A DNA stretch of 53,960 bases, filler included, from Squatina squatina (GCA_031763465.1; 3 parts of 3 records of this genome joined end to end with filler, not necessarily neighbours in it), one strand, 5' to 3'; counted from the first letter of the whole stretch, positions 38,655 through 51,663 are shown. The notes: generated from the sequence alone by a model not told the origin. Program-made: numbers and translations.

Positions 38655-38815
38655 ATAACTTTCAACAGGGAATTGGATTAATACTCGAAAAGGAGAAATT
38701 TGCAGGGCTAAGAGGAAAGAGTGGGGGAGCGGGACTAATTAGATAGTTCTTTCAAAGAGCCAGCACAGGCCCGATGGGCCGAATGGCCTCCTTCTGTGCT
38801 ATGCGATTCTATGAA
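38655..38815 (+). mobile_element. CR1-type LINE 3' end (different subfamily)
   Basis: gaattggat...ttgcagggcta...gatgggccgaatggcctccttctgtgct...ttctatga is a typical CR1 3' terminus. Confidence 0.65.
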
Positions 38816-39547
38816 ATAGCCCAACTCTCCGCCCACAGATGCCCTTTTCCCAGGAATGCTTTGGATCGGTCAAGAAAATTCCTGACGGATGGCAAGTTCT
38901 GGGTTTTCGCACGCATGCGCTTCGCCCCGTGACCTGCGAGGCCCTTACGGTCGCGTGCAGACCTCGTACACTCCCGTAAGGACCTGCAAAATATGGCCCA
39001 ATGTTAGTGAACCAACTAGCAAAGACTTATGTGTGGATAATTGCTTCACAGATGAGGGTGCAGAGCATTTTGACTGCGGTTTATCATTGAGTATTATTTC
39101 AGTATTGTACATAATGGATTTGTTCATAAGCTCCCTTAAATTGACAGCCATTGCTAAACTGGAGGCCATAGTCACTGCGGTCTAAAATTAAAAATGATTG
39201 TGTAAATGGGGAGTTTATGTATTTGAAAAGGAAGAAACTAATCCTTAATCCGCTTAATGTAGTACCCCTTAGGATAACAGATACATTCAGGATATTGGGT
39301 GTTTGCAATATAAAAAAGGATAATCTTTCTCTTTCCTGGGTTCAGAGAAACTTCTTTTTCAAACTCTGAGCCAGGCGTCTGGGGACACACGAGGTTCTGA
39401 TTTTGGGGTACTTGCTGCATCTAGGTTTGAACCCACCCCAAGTATTTCAGGTGACCGGAGTCTTTCACTACCCCTTTCTGGAAAGTTCCTGATGGGACGT
39501 TCCCTTCTTCTCCTCCCTTATGAGGAGAACTTATAAAGGAGGCACAT

Positions 39548-40022
39548 ATTTTTTATTCTTTCGTGGGATGTGGGCAACGCTGGCAAGGCCAGCATTTATT
39601 GCCCATCCCTAGTCGTCCTTGAGAAGGTGGTGGTGAGCTGCCTTCTTGAACAGCTGCAGTCCGTGTGGTGAAGGTGCCCCCACAGTGCTGTTCGGGAGCG
39701 AGTTCTAGAATTTTGATCCAGCGACAATGAATGAACGCTAATATACTTCCAAGTCAGGATGGTGTGCGACTTGGAGGGGAACCTGGAGGTGGTGGTGTTC
39801 CCTCGCCCCTGCTGCCCTTGACCTTCTAGGTGGTAGAGGTCATGCGTTTGGGAAGTGCTGCCGAAGAAGCCTTGGCAAGTTGCTGCAGTGCATCTTGTAG
39901 ATGGTGCACACTGCAGACACGGTGCGCCGGTGCTGCAGGGAGTGAATGTTTATGGTGGTGGAAGGGGTGCCGATTGAGTGGCTGCTTTGTCCTGGGTCGT
40001 GTCGAGCAGCTTGAGTGTTGTT
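39548..40022 (-). mobile_element. LINE 3' end (L2/CR1 group)
   Basis: Minus strand encodes the decayed ORF end HSLQHRRTVSAVCTIYKMHCSNLPRLLRQHFPN. The terminus attgcccatccctagt..ccttgagaaggtggtgg recurs at about 33900-33985. Confidence 0.7.
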
Positions 40023-40549
40023 NNNNNNNNNNNNNNNNNNNNNNNNNNNNNNNNNNNNNNNNNNNNNNNNNNNNNNNNNNNNNNNNNNNNNNNNNNNNNN
40101 NNNNNNNNNNNNNNNNNNNNNNTCCTGGAGATTTGTCTATCTTGAGTCCCGTTATTTTCGCCATTACCAGTTGTTTAAAACCTAGATTAAATCCACTAAG
40201 TACCACCCCTTGAGTTATTTGTCAGCTCCCTTGTACCCCTGACAAAGGCCTTTGCGCCCCAGCTGAATTCCCCGGGAGGCGAGATGGCTGCCTCCCGCCG
40301 CCATTTTGTCCTGTTTCGCCCCGCTAGCGCCCCTCGGAGGCACTAACGGGACGCAACAGGAGATGAAGTTCCAGCCCCTAGTATCAGCGCGAACTGTCCG
40401 TTACTGTTTTAACAGGCTCCAATCCAACATGCTCCAAGAGGTTTACTAATAACAGCAATATACATGTTGTCGTTAGTTTCTTCCTCTGTCTAATGCAAAA
40501 TAAAGACACAATAAATTGTACTTTTACTAGAAAACATGCAATTACTCAC

Positions 40550-40604
40550 AGGTCAAATATGAGGTAGTGAAACCCTTCTTCTGATATGCTGTCATGGAGA
40601 CGTA
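40550..40604 (-). CDS. CAMK2G: CaMKII kinase-domain exon 4 (55 bp); paralogue probably gamma
   Basis: Acceptor ctttctctttccag and donor gtgagt. Encodes (V)RLHDSISEEGFHYLIFD(L), diagnostic of CaMKII. The gamma assignment is inferred only from linkage to POLR3A (both on human 10q22). Confidence 0.8.
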
Positions 40605-40949
40605 CTGGAAAGAGAAAGTGGAACATTTAGATTCATCACGGGTTATAGATAACAACGTCTTGCGTCTAAGAATGTGTCCAACCTGCTTCAATTTGACAAA
40701 AATATTTTTAAAAAAGGAAAGAAAGCCAGTTATTTCTGGCTGGTTCTTCTGACCTTGATAATTAGAGCTCTCGCCAAGGAGAAAGGGTCTTACAGGCGAC
40801 TGCTAACCTACAGAAACATTCCCCGACAATTAGCTTCCAACTGATCTTTGAGTACTTCTTGAACAGGTCATCTTGAACACAGCTCCACCCTTAAAGCAGC
40901 CAAAGCTCAGACGACCCAACATCACTAAAACAAATAATCGGGTCAATGA

Positions 40950-41100
40950 CTCATTGTGGGAGCTTGCTGTGTGCAAATTCGCTGCCGCGTTTCCTACATT
41001 ACAACTTCACTTCAAGAAGTAACTAATTGACTGTAAAGTGCTTTGGGACATCCTGAGGTTCTGAAAGGCACTACAGAAATGCAAAAATCTTTTTTTTTTT
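40950..41100 (+). mobile_element. Deu-SINE 3' fragment
   Basis: tgtgggagcttgctgtgtgcaaatt..ctgccgcgtttcctacattacaac...gaaaggcactacagaaatgcaa matches the 3' half of 6592-6990. Confidence 0.75.
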
Positions 41101-41386
41101 TACCCGTGAGCAACATCNNNNNNNNNNNNNNNNNNNNNNNNNNNNNNNNNNNNNNNNNNNNNNNNNNNNNNNNNNNNNNNNNNNNNNNNNNNNNNNNNNN
41201 NNNNNNNNNNNNNNNNNAGTACCCCCATGAACGGTCCCATTGCACGAATTATTGGCACCAACCCCCCTCCCCTCCTTTTCTCGGTGTAAATTCCGTGCCG
41301 TTTGGGGGAGTCAATCCACCCGAGGCAAAGTCAGGTCGAGCAGCTCCTCACTAATAAATGGGCACCAGAGCACAGTGCGTCTTTCA

Positions 41387-41482
<96 letters not shown>

Positions 41483-42146
41483 TCAGGAATGCAATTTTTA
41501 AAAAAAATATATAAAACTGTGAATTGATGGATACATTAAAGCCACACTCGAGTAATCTACATCTAATGTTAACAGTGAAACTGGATGCTCCTGACATGTC
41601 CTGCAAATCGGCCGAATGGGAAAGATTTGCAGAAACAAAGCTGGAGTATCGGTTTTACTGCAACGTGCAAGCCAGTGGCAGGTCATAGTTCATAGTTCAT
41701 AGTTCTTCAGTTCAAAATCCTCCGAAAATTAATCTCGCCGTACTTGAGCTGGTTCAGAAGTATGCCGGGTACAGCAGTGCAGTGATTATGATAATGGAGT
41801 AGCAATCCAGAGGTCGTGATTTCAAATCCCGGATGTGAAATTGAATACAGTGAATCTGGTAAATTGGGCCGGCACCAGAAAAAAATGAGCTTGAACACTN
41901 NNNNNNNNNNNNNNNNNNNNNNNNNNNNNNNNNNNNNNNNNNNNNNNNNNNNNNNNNNNNNNNNNNNNNNNNNNNNNNNNNNNNNNNNNNNNNNNNNNNC
42001 ACACAGTGCTGAGCTCAAGCTCTGCAGTATAGCCTGTTGGAGCATTGGCCAACCAGGACATCGGGAAAACTACCTGCTCTTCTCTGAACCATGCCATTTC
42101 ATCATCAACGTCCAGTTGAATCACTGAACCAGGATCACAGTATAAC

Positions 42147-42215
42147 TAGGGTGACCAGATGTCCTGGTTTTGCTGGGATACGTCCTGGTTTGTCAGGACA
42201 CATCCCTGTGTCCCG
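42147..42215. mobile_element. hAT (Blackjack-like) DNA transposon terminus
   Basis: tagggtgaccagatgtcc followed by repeated gtcctggttt/ggaca subterminal motifs. No partner TIR found. Confidence 0.45.
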
Positions 42216-43771
42216 CCACTTTGCAACAGCTTATGAGGCTACTGTGAAACTAATATATTTTCTGAAATAAAAGTCATGATGTGTAATTAGCAACTATCCA
42301 CAACCATTAAAAATATGGATGCCTAACAAGAGGGAGTGAATAGATATGCAGATGGCACCCATGCTATTTACTATGCGGAAGGTTTCATTTCACAGTGAGT
42401 GGAATACTTGCTTTCAACTGGTTGTGTCTTGCACTGTTGTTCTGGATCATGAAGCGAGCATCTACTGCCTTCAACGGGATTCATTTGAAAACAGCTCAGC
42501 CTAATTTTAGGCCACAGGAATCTAAATCCATGTTGTTGCTAACAGGTGGATCTCAAAGATAAAAGGCATTCAGAGTCAGAATAACACCATTTTCCTGTTG
42601 CAAGATAATCATCACAGGTCTCGAATTCCATTACACTGTTTTTGCAGACTAGCTGTCACAACTGAGAATTATAGCACCAGGTTAATCAGGCATCTCCCAC
42701 ACACTCCTACACACCAAAGAGGTTTTTTTTAAAAATGGGTTCTGCACTTCATTTCTGTCAGGTGGTGACTGAAAGGTTACAAGTTGGAAACCATCCTTCA
42801 ACAATTCAAGGAGGTCTAAGGCAGAATCATGGACCCAAGAAATTCTACAAGCCAATTTAAGTTGAAGGCGAGCATTAATTGCAGTGGTGAAGCCACAGAT
42901 ATGAACATCTGATGTAGGGTTTAAATCAGACAAGAGACACTAAACAGTGAGGCACTACTCCAGGACAAGCTCGTGCAGAAAAAAAGTAGAGTTGCCTGGC
43001 TTCATGACTCACCAATAGCTCAAAATGATCAGTGTCCTATGCAGCAATACTGTGCTTGTAGCAGTTGTAAGTAGGTGCGGGTGAGGTGAAGCAATGAATA
43101 TGAGGTGTGAGTCGTGTTTGGTAGAGATTGTTGGTAGGTGAGCAATGGGGGTGCAGTGCATTGAGCATTGTTTGAGGCTCGAGATGCGGATGGTAGGATA
43201 TGGTGCATGCTTTTGCCCCTGCTGTGCCTTCACTAGTTCTTTTCCCGAGTCTTCATCAGCCAGTTAAATGAGCTGCTTCAGGCAGAAAGCTCCTCCCCTT
43301 TAAGAGGTGCAGACTGCTTATAAGAAGTGCAGGCTAGCTTTAAGTGGTGCTGGCCTCACATGAAAATGGGCCCCCTGCTAAGCATTCAGTGCTGGGCTGA
43401 ACACCACAATCATGGAAGTGAGCAGGCAGCACAAAGTTTGTGATGCCCATTTTTGGGGGCAAACAAATTTCTAGGCCAAACTGAATACATACATTGTTGT
43501 ATATTATTATATTCTTCAGTTGACCTTCAAGCTTTTTTTAGCAGGAGATTTGCTAATGCTGTCATTCTGCTGATTGATATCAAATTGACCCAGATTTTCC
43601 ATTTGGTCATTACATTGTTGGAGTGTGACAGGGTGGGGGGTTTTACCCGCTAAAAGGATACACCCCTGAACNNNNNNNNNNNNNNNNNNNNNNNNNNNNN
43701 NNNNNNNNNNNNNNNNNNNNNNNNNNNNNNNNNNNNNNNNNNNNNNNNNNNNNNNNNNNNNNNNNNNNNNN

Positions 43772-43846
43772 GTACTTCATTGGCTGTAAAGAGCTTGGGA
43801 TGTCCGGAGGTCATGAAAGGCGCTACAGAAATGCAAGTCTTTCTTT
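43772..43846 (+). mobile_element. Deu-SINE/L2-type 3' tail
   Basis: tacttcattggctgtaaa...gaaaggcgctacagaaatgcaagtctttcttt. An inverted copy of the same tail lies at about 50433-50467. Confidence 0.7.
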
Positions 43847-44169
43847 ACAATCCTAACCTTTTGAAATGCAGGAATATATTCAAGCTAATTAGCAATGGCT
43901 TAAAACATCGGATTTTCAATTTAGCTCAACTAAGATAAGGGCCTTGGCTAAGGCACTAATCCATCCATCCCCCTTACCAGATGCTGACTGACCTGCTGTG
44001 TATTCCCTCCATTTATCTTTTTTTGTTTCTAATATAGTCCATAGCTACCGTGAAACCCCGAAGAAACAGTCAATGAATAAATGGGGTCCCAGCGTGGGTG
44101 TGGAGCCACGGATCAGAGAATCCCCAGCATTCCCGACTTTTCCGTGATTCATTAAGACCAGCAGGTTTT

Positions 44170-44409
44170 ATTCCAACCCTCCAGGATTGCCCTGGTGTCT
44201 CCAGGAATTCAAGATTAATCTCCTCAATGCTGCAGCGAGCAACCAGAAAGAAAAATCAGAGGGGCTTTAAGAAAAATTCTTTTTTTTTCATTTCCTTTAT
44301 TAGTTATAAAAAAATATTGGAGCGGAGAGAGAAAAATGAGTGTCTGGCCGGGCTGGGTGGTCATGTAACGAAGCCTACAGGAATATCTCCAACCAGAGTT
44401 GGTAACCCT
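44170..44409. mobile_element. hAT-like non-autonomous element
   Basis: Left end ccaaccctccagga and right end gagttggtaaccct resemble (T)AGGGTTGCCAAC termini, with internal ctccagga-type repeats. Confidence 0.45.
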
Positions 44410-45779
44410 GCTGCTGATCTGTGGTGACCTCAGGAAGTCCGGCCCACCAGCCAAGTGGTCTATTCATGGGCCCCAGGCCACTCTTGCGCCCCCAGAGAGG
44501 AAAGAGAGGTTTGATATCATCAGGAAACATGAAAACGTTCAATAAAAAAATTCTCACATTGCTTTGGTGCGTGGCAAAAAAATGACTTGCTTTCCCAGGC
44601 CGACAACACTTTACTTTCACAATGGAGGAAGGAGCAATGTCAATGAAGGTTTGGTTGTATAATCATCAGCCGATAACACCCGAGTGTTAATTCGTATTCA
44701 GGCGCCTATCAATTAAACTGACAGTGATGAGCACAGAATCTAATCCTTTCTAATTACAGACTTCACTTTTTACATAATCACTGTGCTTACATTCTGCAGG
44801 ATAAATAAATACTCAAAAATGCATACACTAATATAGGCTTTTTAAATGTTAAAAATTGGAAATCAGTATTTTCTTCACAAGACATTTTTCTATGCAGTTT
44901 GTGTCTTGTAGGTTCAACTGGTGACTACTGCAGTCACAAAAAACTTTGCACAGTGCATTCTACGTTCCAATCAATGTCTTATCCAATCATAATAAGTGAT
45001 CCAAAGCTTAATTATACAACAATGCCCATCTCCACCGAGTCCAGCTACAAGGTACATCATTTTGTGTCAAGGTTACAGACTGACCCTGGGGTCTAATTGG
45101 CTCCGAAATTATACCTGGTGATGTGTGTTCGGAACCGAGTCAATCTTCTGTGGCAGCCTCAGCGATCTGATACTTTGGCTACAGGGTACAGTTGATGATT
45201 GAAATTCAACCTGCCTCATGAATGGAAGCGAACCAGTCAATGGAGGATCCAAATAACCGTGGAAGCCACTGTCCGAAGGGCTTGGCTGGCACAATCTGGA
45301 NNNNNNNNNNNNNNNNNNNNNNNNNNNNNNNNNNNNNNNNNNNNNNNNNNNNNNNNNNNNNNNNNNNNNNNNNNNNNNNNNNNNNNNNNNNNNNNNNNNN
45401 AAAGAGTCTCTTCCATAGAGTCATAGTACTGATTCCCCACACCCTCAAACATAAATACCATGGGATGAGGGAGTGAACATTTTTAGCACAAACACAGCTT
45501 GGAACATACAACCCTCCGCAGTTAAGGTTGACCAGAACACCTTCATACAAATTATAAATTTATATTCAGTGCTGTTTCTCCAGCATTACTGTCCCTGCAG
45601 CCCGTGTTTTCGAACACTACAAATCAAATTCCCCGAAAAGAGCTGGACCGCTCTCTGCAGTTAGGTTTCTGAGCAGACAAGCTTGTAGAGAGGGGCTTTT
45701 TTTTTAAATAAAAAGTTCAATAATCCATCTTCCTCACACAAGTCCAAGGGTTGAGATGTGGCCAATTCAGCCTGTGGAA

Positions 45780-46020
45780 TAATTCGATCCTCTCCACCTC
45801 TCAAACACCATTGTTTCCGAAGACCCCACAGGCGCTCTCTGCTGTAGTCATGAGGAACGCCATAGCAACCGTGAGTAGTCGCGCACCGGGTTACAGAGCG
45901 GGGGTAGGAGGCGGCCCCTGGAGCAGGTCACCTTCCCACGCTCTCAGTCAGGAATGATGCACGGCACTAGTGGGAGGTGGGAAAAGCTACAGAAAAGGAG
46001 GGGGGGCGGGGAAATTGTAA
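45780..46020. promoter_or_regulatory. GC/CpG-richer promoter-like patch upstream of the CaMKII exons
   Basis: Several CpGs in unique-looking DNA, an RFX half-site ccatagcaac (45860-45869) and a GC box ggggcgggg (about 46003-46011). Position suits the CaMKII 5' end, but exon 1 is not visible. Confidence 0.4.
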
Positions 46021-46439
46021 CCAACAAAACGGAGGGGAAAAATTAAAACCTGTGAGCAAAATGTTTGAAGTAATACCCAAGCAAATTACAACACTGCATT
46101 CTTTCTTTGAGAAAATTCCCTAGTGACAGAATATAAAACATCAATATTTACTGGCATCAGCTTTCAGCCTCCATCGTCAGGTTTTGNNNNNNNNNNNNNN
46201 NNNNNNNNNNNNNNNNNNNNNNNNNNNNNNNNNNNNNNNNNNNNNNNNNNNNNNNNNNNNNNNNNNNNNNNNNNNNNNNNNNNNNNAGGATTACAAAAGT
46301 ACTCACTTGGCACAATGTTAGCCAAAGTCAGTCAAGGCCCATTTGCTCCACAAGAAATACATCATCCTGAGGTAAAAAAAGTAGTGTACTTTATTGCTTT
46401 AGGTGAATTATCTATAAACTACATTACTGCAGCAAAATA

Positions 46440-47270
46440 GAGCCAGGAAACTACAGGCCCATCAGCCTGACATCCATCATTGGGAAGATGCCTGAAGGAA
46501 TCCTAAGAACTGCCCTTTATGATCACTGGGAAAGAGAAAGGGTCATTAGAAATACATAACATGGCTTACGGAAAAATAGGTCATACCGTACAAACTTCAT
46601 TGAGTTTATTGAGGAAGTCACTAGGGTAGTGGATGATGGAATTCCAGTAGACATTATCTACTTGGACTTTCAGAAAGCCTTTGATAATAGACCTAGGAAA
46701 TCTGTCGTATCAGTAGGAATTTGATCTGCTGAATTGGCTGCATTCTTCTAGCCAAAAAGTTGTAGTTAACGGATGTGGTTCAGCCAGGAGACTTGTTGTT
46801 TGTAGTGCCCTCTAGGGATTGGTCCTGGGCCCACGACTGTTCACTTTCTTTATTAATGACCTGGACAGTGGTGTTGGGAGTACAGTAAGTAAGTTTGCAG
46901 ATGGCACCAAAATCTGTGCAAGGGTTAAGATGGTAGAGGAGTGCACTCAAATCTAAAAAGATTTAGCTGTGCTAGGGGAGTGGGCAGCCCAATTCATCAT
47001 ACACGTATCATTGCTTAGAACAATACTCAGAGGTTGATAGAGAAAAATAACTTGGTGTTATTGTGCTCAGATCACTGAAGGTTCATGACCAATGCAGAGA
47101 AACTGTAGCTAAAGCAAACAAGATATTGGGTTGCATCAATAGAACCATTCAATATAAATCAAAGGACACCATTTTGGCACGATACAGGTCATTGGTCAGT
47201 CTGCATCTGGAATACTGTGCTCAGTTTTGGTCCCCCCACAGAAGTGACATAGTGATCTTGGAAAAGGTCC
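46440..47270 (+). mobile_element. Decayed CR1 reverse transcriptase fragment with internal deletions
   Basis: PGNYRPISLTSIIGK...HGLRKNRS..TNFIEF.EEVT..VDDG.PVDIIYLDFQKAFD, GLVLGP.LF..INDLD...SKFADGTKI and HLEYCAQFWSP motifs, broken by stops. Confidence 0.88.
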
Positions 47271-48647
47271 ACCCGAGAGGTCCTGGTTCGGGTGAAGGGT
47301 TCATTGAACAAACTTAAACGATTGCCAATACTTGGGCGTAGTGCAATTGTGGGCATAATTCACTTACGCCTAAAATTACTCGATCTTTTGTGCTATTTGA
47401 CTTGGTTCCACCCGGATTAAGCTGTTATCTGGGCAGAAATAACAGCTTAATCCGGGCTGTTCTTTCTGCCGGATAACAGCTGAACCTCCAGGCCCAAGTA
47501 AAGCAAGTCAAGATAATTCTGGCCACAATGGCTTGGGACAGATAATGGGGCGGGAACAGCTTAAGGACATGCAGATGGTGCAGTGTTCCGACAGTCGGGC
47601 ATGGATATGGATAAAGTGCCAAGCTGCAAAAATAAAACAGAAGACACAGTAAGTTCTTCTCCGTTATAAACTGGACGCACCTGCCTTTGTGTCGCATATC
47701 ATTGTATCTGAAAAAGCTCCGCACTCTTACTCCTGCTGTGCAGATTTCTGACTCAATATTTCCATTTCACAACCTGAAACTTAGGTTTCTATTTCTAACA
47801 AAAAGAGCTAGAAAATAGTTATCCAATTCCACCCACACACCTACAATAATTGGATAGAAATTGGTTTGTGAAGAATAAAGGCAAAGAGTTTAATGACTAA
47901 TTTCNNNNNNNNNNNNNNNNNNNNNNNNNNNNNNNNNNNNNNNNNNNNNNNNNNNNNNNNNNNNNNNNNNNNNNNNNNNNNNNNNNNNNNNNNNNNNNNN
48001 NNNNNNNNNNNNNNNNNNNNNNNNNNNNNNNNNNNNNNNNNNNNNNNNNNNNNNNNNNNNNNNNNNNNNNNNNNNNNNNNNNNNNNNNNNNNNNNNNNNN
48101 NNNNNNNNNNNNNNNNNNNNNNNNNNNNNNNNNNNNNNNNNNNNNNNNNNNNNNNNNNNNNNNNNNNNNNNNNNNNNNNNNNNNNNNNNNNNNNNNNNNN
48201 NNNNNNNNNNNNNNNNNNNNNNNNNNNNNNNNNNNNNNNNNNNNNNNNNNNNNNNNNNNNNNNNNNNNNNNNNNNNNNNNNNNNNNNNNNNNNNNNNNNN
48301 NNNNNNNNNNNNNNNNNNNNNNNNNNNNNNNNNNNNNNNNNNNNNNNNNNNNNNNNNNNNNNNNNNNNNNNNNNNNNNNNNNNNNNNNNNNNNNNNNNNN
48401 NNNNNNNNNNNNNNNNNNNNNNNNNNNNNNNNNNNNNNNNNNNNNNNNNNNNNNNNNNNNNNNNNNNNNNNNNNNNNNNNNNNNNNNNNNNNNNNNNNNN
48501 NNNNNNNNNNNNNNAGATCGTAATAGACGGTATCTATTTAATATATGCTTCTTAAGGGATAAGGTTCTCACAGCAGTCAAAGGGTTAGCAAAAAATTTCT
48601 CTTTGAATTTGCAGCACAACATATTCTTGGATGGTTTTGTTTGGGAG

Positions 48648-48677
48648 AGGAGGAGGAGGAGGAGGAGGAGGAGGAGG
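48648..48677. repeat. (AGG)10 microsatellite
   Basis: Read directly from the sequence. It explains the poly-R run in ORF 48603..48785. Confidence 0.9.
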
Positions 48678-49421
48678 TGGGCAGCCTGCCTGCAATTGCC
48701 AAGACAGGGTACGAAAGAATCTGTTAATGACTTGCTCCATCATAGATCTGAATTATTCTTGGAAGTCTGCGTTGTATTTCTTTAAACAATCTCGATTATT
48801 TTTTTCTTGAAGTATTATAAGGGTGTTAGGCAGCACGCTAATCTTCTACATATTCTATCGACAAATGATAATCATTATTCTACAAATATCTTTTAATTGC
48901 TCTGCTTAGAATTCTCTCCCTCACCCCAAATTTTCTTCCCACCTCTCCTGTAGGTGGCAGTTTATGTTGGGTTGCGTAATAACTTGAGAACCTTGGCTGC
49001 TGAACCCAATTGTCTGTTCTTTATGTACGAGGCTTTTTGAAAAGGGGGAAGCATCATAACTGAGCCCAATCCTGGCTTAACGTAGGAATTCCTAGATGTG
49101 AAAAGACCAAAGCTCATCTGGTTCGCCTTCTACCACCCTGATAGTTGCACAACATAACGATAATGTAGTTGTTGACTAATCACAACAATCAATCTCTGTC
49201 AATGAGTCTACAACAGACCCAGGCATGACACGAGGAAAACCCCAGAGGTGGAGAGTTTTGGGACACAGCGGTCCAACATCAACTTCTTCCTCCCAAGTAC
49301 GATGCACTCACCACACGTCNNNNNNNNNNNNNNNNNNNNNNNNNNNNNNNNNNNNNNNNNNNNNNNNNNNNNNNNNNNNNNNNNNNNNNNNNNNNNNNNN
49401 NNNNNNNNNNNNNNNNNNNGA

Positions 49422-50252
49422 ATGAAACTATTGTCCTCCACCCTTTCACTTTACATATGGACTTTGGCCATCTTGAAGGCGTCATTAGCTGCTAAGATAA
49501 TGATAATCCCGCCCATCATGTTTGAGAGTCATTTGCTCATATTTAAAACACTGGCGAAGGCATTACACGGGCAGGGGCATGAGGTTGTCATCGTAACGTC
49601 AAGGGGCCGAGTGATCGAGGAATCCCCTCACTACAGGTTTCAGCAATATCCTGGTATGTTCTCCACCCAAACTGCAGACGACTTCCTGCAGGAGAAAATG
49701 AAGAACATCTTCTCCGGGAAGTTGACTTCGCTGGAACTCTTTGGCATTTTGGACAGTTACACCGCCAACTGCAACCAGATGGTGGGCAATCGCGACTTAG
49801 AAGAGCGGCTGAGGGAAGAAAACTTTGATCTGTTGCTGGTTGACCCCAATGAAATGTGTGGTTTTGTATATGCTGAAATCCTGGGCGTAAAACACGTTAC
49901 ATTCTCCACCGGGCTGTGGTTCCCGGCAGAGCTCGGTGCTCCTTCACCGGTTTCTTATGTTCCAGAATTTAACTCCCTGATGACCGATCGGATGAACCTC
50001 TTGGAGCGTGCTTGGAACAGTTTGATTTACGCCGTCAGCAGAATAGGCACCAGATATGCCATCCTTCCGAAGTATGATGCCATCATGAGGAAGCACAATG
50101 TGAAGCCCTCCAGATCCATGATGGAGATAGTCCAGGGCTCCTGCATGTTTCTGCTCTGCACTGATGTAGCTCTGGAGTTTCCCAGACCGAGTCTACCGGC
50201 CATTGTTTTTGTGGGAGGAATCCTCACGAGGCGTGCAAACCCATTGCCGGAG
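49422..50252 (+). CDS. UGT8: UGT8-like 2-hydroxyacylsphingosine 1-beta-galactosyltransferase, first coding exon (277 codons)
   Basis: ATG at 49422 with a signal-peptide-like start, then AAKIMIIPPIMFESHL...FDLLLVDPNEMCGF...FSTGLWFPAELGAP...YVPEFNSLMTDRMNL...CTDVALEFPRP...GGILT...PLPE and donor gtaagt. Collinear with the first coding exon of human UGT8. May be a paralogue rather than the orthologue. Confidence 0.92.
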
Positions 50253-50596
50253 GTAAGTTATACGATTCCGCCTTTAACCAAAGATTGACAATAGAAACTG
50301 TTTCGCACAAATATCCAAACCCTTAAAGTAAGAAAGAGAAATGGAAACATACCTCGTATATCTAAGTTTTCAGATGACGCTTAATTAGAGGGTGGTTTCA
50401 ATGATTGGGATGGGGTAAACCAAATACAAGTCTGAAAGAAAGACTTGCATTTCTGTAGCGCCTTTCACGGCCAGCAGACNNNNNNNNNNNNNNNNNNNNN
50501 NNNNNNNNNNNNNNNNNNNNNNNNNNNNNNNNNNNNNNNNNNNNNNNNNNNNNNNNNNNNNNNNNNNNNNNNNNNNNNNTATATTGATGAACATAT

Positions 50597-50826
50597 GAAT
50601 GACTCAGCCTCCACAGCTCTCTGGGGTAAAGAATTCCAAAGATTCACAACCCTCAGAAGAAATTCCTCCTCATTTCGCTCTTAAATGGGTGACCCCTTAT
50701 TCTGAGACTGTGCCCCCGAGTTCTAGATTCCCCGAGGGGAAACATCCTCACAGCATCTACCCTGTCAAGCCCCCTCAGAATCTTATATGTTTCAATAAGA
50801 TCACCTCAATCTTCTAAACTCCAATG
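50597..50826 (-). mobile_element. CR1 fragment in UGT8-like intron
   Basis: Reverse complement is nearly collinear with about 4860-5085. Confidence 0.85.
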
Positions 50827-51066
50827 AATAGCTCGTGGGGTCGGGTGCGCACGCATCTTCTGGGGCCACGTGTGCGCTGCTTCTGGTGTGCATGGTCAAC
50901 AAGATTGCTTTGGAAGCAGGGACAGTGACTGTGGGTGTGATTCAAACTCTGGTACAGGCAGTATCCACTGAGCTAGACAAGGGAGGAGAGTCAAACCAAG
51001 CTTTTCTCTCAATCGGGTATTTTATTACAATGCTCATTTTACTAACTTGGAGTTTACTTGTTTTAG

Positions 51067-51286
51067 GTCACCCAAATGTGAAGACATTTTTGAGCCATGG
51101 GGGCTTGAATGGCATCTACGAATCCATCTACCATGGCGTGCCAGTGGTAGGGATTCCACTTTTCGGAGACCATTATGACATCATGACGAGAATCCATGCT
51201 AAAGGAATGGGGATTTTTCTATCCTGGCACACAATGACTAAAGAGGATATTTATCGAGCCATTGTTACAGTGGCCACAGATCCAAG
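51067..51286 (+). CDS. UGT8: UGT8-like exon carrying the UDP-glycosyltransferase signature (220 bp)
   Basis: Acceptor cttgttttag and donor gtaaga. Encodes (G)HPNVKTFLSHGGLNGIYESIYHGVPVVGIPLFGDHYDIMTRIHAKGMGIFLSWHTMTKEDIYRAIVTVATDP(R). The two preceding exons probably lie in gap 50480-50579. Confidence 0.92.
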
Positions 51287-51663
51287 GTAAGAATCAAATA
51301 TCAGAATAGTACAGCACAGGAGGTCATTCGGCCCATCGAGTCTTTTGAAGAGCAATCCAGTTAGTCCCACTTCCCCACTCTTTCCCCACCTAGGCTTCAC
51401 GACCACCACGTTTTGCACTCATTTTGTCGTGAACAATCTCCTGTATCTGTTTTTTTGTTACTGGCTCACGCTGAGCAACAACCTCTGTTGTGGCTACTTT
51501 CTCAATAAGCTAATGAAAAGCTTGAACAGATCTTACAGAACCAACTGAAATCATTTCATTGAATTAATATAGGATTACAATATTTGTATTGTAGCTCAAG
51601 TTGTTACAAGAATATGCTCAGAGTACAAAATGTTGACAGAAATGAATTTTCTCTGATCACCAG

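Noticed and set aside
47893-48622. Long ORFs of 220 and 241 aa
   Set aside because: They consist almost entirely of Ns. The same applies to most X-containing ORFs in the track.
49248-49421. N-terminal extension of the UGT8-like ORF
   Set aside because: Produced by reading through a gap. The ATG at 49422 starts a signal peptide matching the UGT8 start.
50835-51066. 5' part of ORF 50835..51290
   Set aside because: Intronic sequence in frame with the real exon. UGT similarity starts only after the acceptor at 51066.
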